Part shown: piece by piece, positions 58,746-64,000 of the stretch
Layout of the letters: each line of letters begins with the position of its first letter
Position numbering within the stretch: the first letter of the stretch is position 1
Sequence record: LC768462.1
Reading direction: 5' to 3' (one strand)
DNA: 64,000 nt
Source of the DNA: Escherichia phage phiEc_1
Program-made: the position numbers and the translations under genes
Notes under the pieces: model-generated
What the model was told of the DNA's origin: nothing
Database searches by the model: none
Seen by the model: only the letters and a program-made list of their open reading frames with translations

Positions 58746-61700
58746 CACTCCTTAGGTCGAACTCTTACACGGAGTCTCGATTGACGCTTACTGCGTTCAA
58801 GCTTCTCTGACAATGAGCCACGTTTAATCTTAGGCTTCCCTTCGTCATTAAACTTCTCCAAGAACTGCAAGTACTCAGTACGATTCGTTGTCTTGTAAGA
58901 AGGAATCTTAATATCAGGGTTCTCTTCAATTACACGTCTCATCTTCGCTACATCATCCCTACCAAGCAACTTACTCTTAGCCTGTTCAGCTGTAGAACCA
59001 AAGATCTTCTCCAGTGCTCTGGATTTGTTACCACCTGCGGAAGAAGCACCAAGTTTAGCAATGGCAGAGTAATCATCAGCACTAAACCAAGCTACTGGAT
59101 TATCACCATACTTCTTCTTGTTTTCAGCAGCAGTCTGCAATGCACGTACAAAGCGACGGTTGTTACCAGCCTTATCTGCACCATGAACCCTGTCTAAAAC
59201 TTCAGCCACACTAGCCAACTCATCCAAGCTCTTCCCACTCAAGAAAGCTTTCTCTACTTTATCAGCAAAGACCTCTTCCTGTTGTTTAATGCTTTCCAAG
59301 ATATCAGAATTTGCTTGAGATCTTTCATCGTCAGGCAGAGCAGAACGAATCTTCTCCATCTCCAATTCTTCCTCTTGCAGTTTCTTAATATCAGAGTCAA
59401 CCTTCTGAGCTTCCTCAATAGCCTTCCTAGTATCCGCATCCAAGTTATCAAGCTTACCTTCAGTATCTCCAGTAACCTTAACAATCTCTTTCTCGATAGG
59501 GGTCATTGATTCGTACTTCTTAGCAAACTTCTCAACATCAGCTTCGATACGAGAACGAGCATTCTGATGTTCAGTAGGAGTCATAGGCTTCTCAAGAAGT
59601 GCATAACGGTTATCCATATAGGAACCAGCAAATGCTTCAGCATCCTCTCTAGATATGCCCTTATCTTCCATAGTACGCATCAGGCGGCGATGAATGTCAT
59701 CACGTTGACGTTGTACTGCCATAAGGTCATTCTCACGCTCTTGGGCCGCTTTAAGCTCTTCACTGCGCTTAACTCTCTTGTCCACATCAAACTTACGGTT
59801 CATTTCTTCCGCTTGCTCATACATCTTGTTCCACTTGGCCTGACGAGCGTCTTCCTCTGCATCAGTTAAACGACGCTGACGATCAAGGTAATCTGACTCG
59901 GCGTTGTGGATACGTTCAATGTAACTACGGAACTTCTCTGGAGGAACTGGAGAGTTCTTGTCATGGTGAGCAGCCAACTGTTTCAATGTACGAGATTCCT
60001 GAGCCTCACGAACAGGTTTAGGTAAACCTTCCATCATCTTCTCAATCTCACTCTTCTGAGCTGCAATAGCCTCTAGAGTTTTACGTTCATTCTCAACAGC
60101 AGCCTTAGCATCTGAACGAGCCTGAGCCTTTTTCCTGAGGGTAGCAAGACGTTCTTCACGAGCCTGTAAATGCTTAGCAGCAGCTTCGTACTGAGAGTTC
60201 TTGTTAGCTTTGTTGAAGGCATTCACTTCTCTGTTATAGGTGTTAATAAACCCATCCCAAATATCCTTCATCTGACCAACTTCCAAAGCCTCTTTCCTAC
60301 CAGCCTTCTCTGAAGATTTAAACTTCCCATCTACAAAGTCATTCATCAGCTTACGCATAGCATCTTTCTGAGCAGGACGTAAAGGTTCTGAATCAATCAA
60401 AGCATCAATCTCAGACTGAAGCTCTTTCTTCTGGTCAACCAGTTTAGGAGCATCTTTCTTATCGAAAGCTTTGTTCTCTTCTAGAGCTTGTTGATACAGT
60501 CTATCAAACTCATCCTCACGCTGCTTCTGATACAACCTTTCAGCACGACGTTTCAGACTATCCAAGTTAGTTACGTTCCCACCTAAACCTTTCTCTTCAG
60601 CACGTAATGCCTTAGTAGCAATGTCTTCTGGCAGACCACGTTCCTTAACCCATTCAGCAAAATTAGTTCGTACAGTGTTGTTCTTAGCAGTAGCAATACC
60701 TTGCTGAGAAGCCAGCTGGTTACGAGCCATTTCTTCATGACGTTCAGTGTTGATAGCATTGTCTTCCTGACGAATACGACGCATCAATTCCTTAGGATCA
60801 CCTTTATAAGCCAAGAAGTTTTCAGCAGTAGCTTTAGCCTTAGCAGCCTTAGAGTACAGAGAACGAGCAAAACGTTCTGCACGATCTTTAGTAGACTGAC
60901 GAGCAGCACTAGACATAGCAGCTAAACGTTCTACACCACTTGCCGGTTTAACGTCCTGTACAGCTTCCTTAGGAGCTTTAGGAGCACGGGCAGGTAATGG
61001 CTCAGCTTTGACTGTTGGTTCCTCTACAGTGGGTTCTGGAGCCTGTGCGGCCTCTTCTTGAGCACGTTGCTGTTCCATTGCACGACGCTCCTCTAAAGGG
61101 TTACGAGCAGGGAGAGGTTCAGCCTGTGGAGCTTGTTCGACTGGAGCTTCTTGAGCAGCAGCTGCCTCTTCTTCAGCGCGACGCTGTTCAGCCTGACGGA
61201 TAGCACGTCTTTGCGCAACTAAATCACGAGCTGTAAGAGGAGTTTCTTGAGGAGTAGAAGAAGGAAGATTTTCTTCCATCACAGTACTAGAAGAAGGCTC
61301 CCGAACCGGTTCGGTTTCCGCGTCATTTTGCGTCTTAAATTTAACGTCATCAACAACTGGTTCTTCTTCCATCTTAGCACGAGCTTCATCAGCAGTCGAC
61401 TTAGCACGAGCAACTTCCAAATCACCGCGAGCTAGAGAGCGGATAGCTTCACTGTTAGATTCTTGTTGCTTAACACGTTGAGAGCGAGCACGCTGAGAAG
61501 AGAAGCGATTCAGAGCATACTTAGCAGCACCGAGAGTGTTCATTACCAGACTAGGTGAAGAAGCCTCACGGAATCCATCATCAGTCAGGGAAGTCCAACC
61601 ACGATCTTGGTTGCTCATGAATTTAGCTGTATTGTTCAGAGTGTAAGCATCTTGGATAGGATTAAAACCTTCAGGCATACCTTTCAGTTTCTTCAACCCA

Positions 61701-63166
61701 CCGATAGCTTTCTTCATCTCTGGAGAAACATTATCAGCCATCTTCTGTAGTTCAGCAGCTTTCTCTACAAAGTTATTAAAGTCTTCACCATCACGAGCTT
61801 TGAATCGATTTGCTTCATTGTAGAAAGTCTTGTAAGCATCAATGAAATCACGGTCGGCTTGTGTACGGTTCTTAATATCAATCGGACTACCAGTAAAATC
61901 ACCAGAAGCTCGGAGAGAAGTTAATTCACGGTCTAGGTTATCTAGAACATCTGTAAGAGCTTTCGTATTGTCTTTGGTGTAATCAGCCATTGCATCCTTC
62001 ATAGCAACAGCCTGCTTCTGGTTGTGCTCGTTGTCAGCGAATGCTTTACCACGAGTCTTAGCAGGAGAAGCTAAAGGGTTGAGGCCCGGAATGTTGGAAT
62101 GTTCTTTCTGAACGGAAGCAGCTTTCTCAGCACGAGCTTGGTCAGTATTAAGAATACGCTGAGCAGCAGGGGAGTCTACAGCAACAGCATCTGTAATACG
62201 GAATCCATTCTCATCCAGAAGGTTCAGAGCAGAAGCAGCGTTAGCAGTTTCAGCTTTAGAGTAGGCTTCTTTCAGTTCATCAATATTCTTAGCACTGCGA
62301 ATTAGTTCGTCATCAGCAGCAATATCAGTCTTCGCATACTCTGGAGTATTCTTAAAGACAGTAGAGTCTGGACGGCTAATCAAACCATGAACCCCACCAA
62401 CTGCACCACCAAATGCAGCACCCATAGCACCTTCTTCGATAGCACCCTCTAATACATTAGCAAAGGTTGTACCATCTCCATGCTTGTTCTGAGCTTCAGC
62501 AGCACCTACAAGAGCGCCACCTTTAGCACCAGCCACTGCGTTACTAGCAACGTTCTGACCGATACGTCCAAGTGTGGACTCAGCTGTACCAACAGCACCC
62601 GGAAGGATTCTCTGAGCCGCATAGTTAGCACCACCAACTAAGGCTGCATCTAGAATAGATTTATCTTCCCCCTCTTCAGGGGTTTGGTCTGCATATGCAC
62701 GACCTGTCTCACGACCTGCGATGATAGCAGCAGCAGCCAATGGGTTAGCAACTGTCAAACCGATATCACCAGCAACGCCAGCATACTGACCGACAGTTTT
62801 ACCAATCCCATCCTCAATCTTATCCATACGTTCTTTAAGAAGGTTCTGAGAGTTCTCTTGGATACGCTTACCATAACTAGTTTGTGCTCCAGCTAGATTC
62901 TCACCAATCTCAACTAAACCACCAATACCTTTAGCAGCACTAGCTGCAATATTTGCACCACCAGATTGAAGAGCATTTGACACACCTTGAGCAAACTCAC
63001 CTATAGCACCACGTTCTTCTTGTTGTGGTTGTGCTACTGGCTGTTCCTCAGGAATAGAGCCACCTGCTGCCTTATATTGTTCTCTCATTTGAGCTTGTTG
63101 CTCCGGAGAGGCATTCAGATACGCAGGAGCTTTGGAAGCTTCTTCCCACGGTTTAATGTTAGCCAT
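58745..63166 (-). CDS. large virion internal/ejection or tape-measure-like protein
   Basis: about 1470 aa from ATG 63166 with AAGGAG SD; Gly/Ala-rich hydrophobic N-terminal region, long coiled-coil, internal AEPLPAR repeats. Confidence 0.6.
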   Translation of the reverse strand: MANIKPWEEASKAPAYLNASPEQQAQMREQYKAAGGSIPEEQPVAQPQQEERGAIGEFAQGVSNALQSGGANIAASAAKGIGGLVEIGENLAGAQTSYGKRIQENSQNLLKERMDKIEDGIGKTVGQYAGVAGDIGLTVANPLAAAAIIAGRETGRAYADQTPEEGEDKSILDAALVGGANYAAQRILPGAVGTAESTLGRIGQNVASNAVAGAKGGALVGAAEAQNKHGDGTTFANVLEGAIEEGAMGAAFGGAVGGVHGLISRPDSTVFKNTPEYAKTDIAADDELIRSAKNIDELKEAYSKAETANAASALNLLDENGFRITDAVAVDSPAAQRILNTDQARAEKAASVQKEHSNIPGLNPLASPAKTRGKAFADNEHNQKQAVAMKDAMADYTKDNTKALTDVLDNLDRELTSLRASGDFTGSPIDIKNRTQADRDFIDAYKTFYNEANRFKARDGEDFNNFVEKAAELQKMADNVSPEMKKAIGGLKKLKGMPEGFNPIQDAYTLNNTAKFMSNQDRGWTSLTDDGFREASSPSLVMNTLGAAKYALNRFSSQRARSQRVKQQESNSEAIRSLARGDLEVARAKSTADEARAKMEEEPVVDDVKFKTQNDAETEPVREPSSSTVMEENLPSSTPQETPLTARDLVAQRRAIRQAEQRRAEEEAAAAQEAPVEQAPQAEPLPARNPLEERRAMEQQRAQEEAAQAPEPTVEEPTVKAEPLPARAPKAPKEAVQDVKPASGVERLAAMSSAARQSTKDRAERFARSLYSKAAKAKATAENFLAYKGDPKELMRRIRQEDNAINTERHEEMARNQLASQQGIATAKNNTVRTNFAEWVKERGLPEDIATKALRAEEKGLGGNVTNLDSLKRRAERLYQKQREDEFDRLYQQALEENKAFDKKDAPKLVDQKKELQSEIDALIDSEPLRPAQKDAMRKLMNDFVDGKFKSSEKAGRKEALEVGQMKDIWDGFINTYNREVNAFNKANKNSQYEAAAKHLQAREERLATLRKKAQARSDAKAAVENERKTLEAIAAQKSEIEKMMEGLPKPVREAQESRTLKQLAAHHDKNSPVPPEKFRSYIERIHNAESDYLDRQRRLTDAEEDARQAKWNKMYEQAEEMNRKFDVDKRVKRSEELKAAQERENDLMAVQRQRDDIHRRLMRTMEDKGISREDAEAFAGSYMDNRYALLEKPMTPTEHQNARSRIEADVEKFAKKYESMTPIEKEIVKVTGDTEGKLDNLDADTRKAIEEAQKVDSDIKKLQEEELEMEKIRSALPDDERSQANSDILESIKQQEEVFADKVEKAFLSGKSLDELASVAEVLDRVHGADKAGNNRRFVRALQTAAENKKKYGDNPVAWFSADDYSAIAKLGASSAGGNKSRALEKIFGSTAEQAKSKLLGRDDVAKMRRVIEENPDIKIPSYKTTNRTEYLQFLEKFNDEGKPKIKRGSLSEKLERSKRQSRLRVRVRPKE

Positions 63167-63204
63167 AACGTCTCCTTTTATAAATAAAAATGTCCTACCC
63201 CCTA

Positions 63205-63213
63205 TATACATTA
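63205..63213 (-). promoter_or_regulatory. TAATGTATA motif (candidate phage-specific promoter element)
   Basis: 39 nt upstream of ATG 63166 on minus strand. Confidence 0.45.
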
Positions 63214-63233
63214 TAGAAGGCAGGACTTAGGTC

Positions 63234-64000
63234 TTATTGAGTAAACCAGCTAGTGTCTTCGACAGCTGATAAAGCACCATTAAGCTTAGGATTGGTTGCT
63301 GCACCACCAACTGCTTCTTCTGCTTGTTCAGAGAAAACACCTAGAGGGTCATAGAAACCACCAGAAGGGATTGCACGGTTAACCAATGCAGTAGCTCTCT
63401 TCTTATCCATACCAGAACCGATGTAAGCTTCAATCGTAGCTCTCTTAGCATCAGCAACACCTTTCATTGCAGAGGTGTGACCAACGTTAGCTTGCTTACG
63501 AGCATAAGCAAGAGCAGAATCAGTAGGACGCCATCCAGATTTCAGTGCAAACTTGTTGCCAACACGAATGAAGATTGATGGGTCTTCTGCAAAGTGCCCC
63601 AAGTCTTCTTCGGTAAGAGAACGAGTAGCACCGATTTCAGCCCTTGCGGAGTTCATGATAGCCTGCATGTAAGCAGAACGAGCTGTCTGATAGTCTTTAT
63701 CCTTAACAGCCTTATCAGCCAAATCCAAGTCTTTGTTAGACTGGTTAAACAGGCCACCTTTCTCTGCCCACTGCTTAGCAACCGTACCTTCAGCTGTATT
63801 CTGAGCAAGACGAACTTCTTTCGGGTTAAAGTTAAAACTCTGAGCAGCTTGTTCAGCACGTTCAGCCTTAACCTTATCACGATAACCAATCAACTCTTTC
63901 TGACGTTCAAAGTTCATGTTAGCCCTTTCTTCATCAGCACGACGAGTTTCATCAGCACGCTCACGCATAGTTTGCTCTTGAATCTGTTGACGTCTATCCC
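63234..64000 (-). CDS. virion-associated protein (partial; start beyond window end)
   Basis: ORF open to window edge; upstream of large virion protein gene. Confidence 0.5.
   Translation of the reverse strand, partial: DRRQQIQEQTMRERADETRRADEERANMNFERQKELIGYRDKVKAERAEQAAQSFNFNPKEVRLAQNTAEGTVAKQWAEKGGLFNQSNKDLDLADKAVKDKDYQTARSAYMQAIMNSARAEIGATRSLTEEDLGHFAEDPSIFIRVGNKFALKSGWRPTDSALAYARKQANVGHTSAMKGVADAKRATIEAYIGSGMDKKRATALVNRAIPSGGFYDPLGVFSEQAEEAVGGAATNPKLNGALSAVEDTSWFTQ

Overview
This window reads as a large stretch of a virulent tailed dsDNA phage genome that infects an enterobacterial host. Every call below comes from reading the sequence and the ORF translations by eye; no database search or structure prediction was run. 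Coordinates of short motifs were counted by hand and may be off by a base or two.

Layout: (1) a minus-strand virion/packaging block at 1-11.2 kb (tail fiber, capsid with Ig-like extension, scaffold, portal, terminase) plus a large minus-strand virion protein at 58.7-64 kb; (2) a divergent non-coding region at 11.3-12.3 kb with iteron-like repeats; (3) a plus-strand early region (12.3-27 kb) opening with near-consensus sigma70 promoters, a ~2 kb ORF-free leader, a tRNA-Arg(UCU), and many small genes including an 8-member paralog family; (4) a plus-strand replication/nucleotide-metabolism region (37-58 kb) with a T7-type primase-helicase, a family-A DNA polymerase split into two genes 8.5 kb apart, SSB, ThyX, PhoH, a phage sigma factor, a macro domain protein and spanins.

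No phage RNA polymerase, integrase or repressor was seen. The sigma factor plus a recurring TAATGTATA motif resemble, from memory, phiEco32-like coliphages; I cannot verify that here.

The strongest candidate for an undescribed system is a 13-gene cluster at 27.2-36.8 kb: two glutamine-synthetase-fold carboxylate-amine ligases, a class-II glutamine amidotransferase that can only start at a non-canonical ATT codon, an ATP-grasp ligase and a gamma-glutamyl cyclotransferase-like enzyme, with eight unknown proteins. It plausibly makes a gamma-glutamyl or peptide-like adduct on DNA, a nucleotide, a protein or a small molecule. The second is the early leader (14.3-16.2 kb), where stacked sigma70 promoters are each followed by an rrn/lambda-nut-type boxB hairpin and boxA element.
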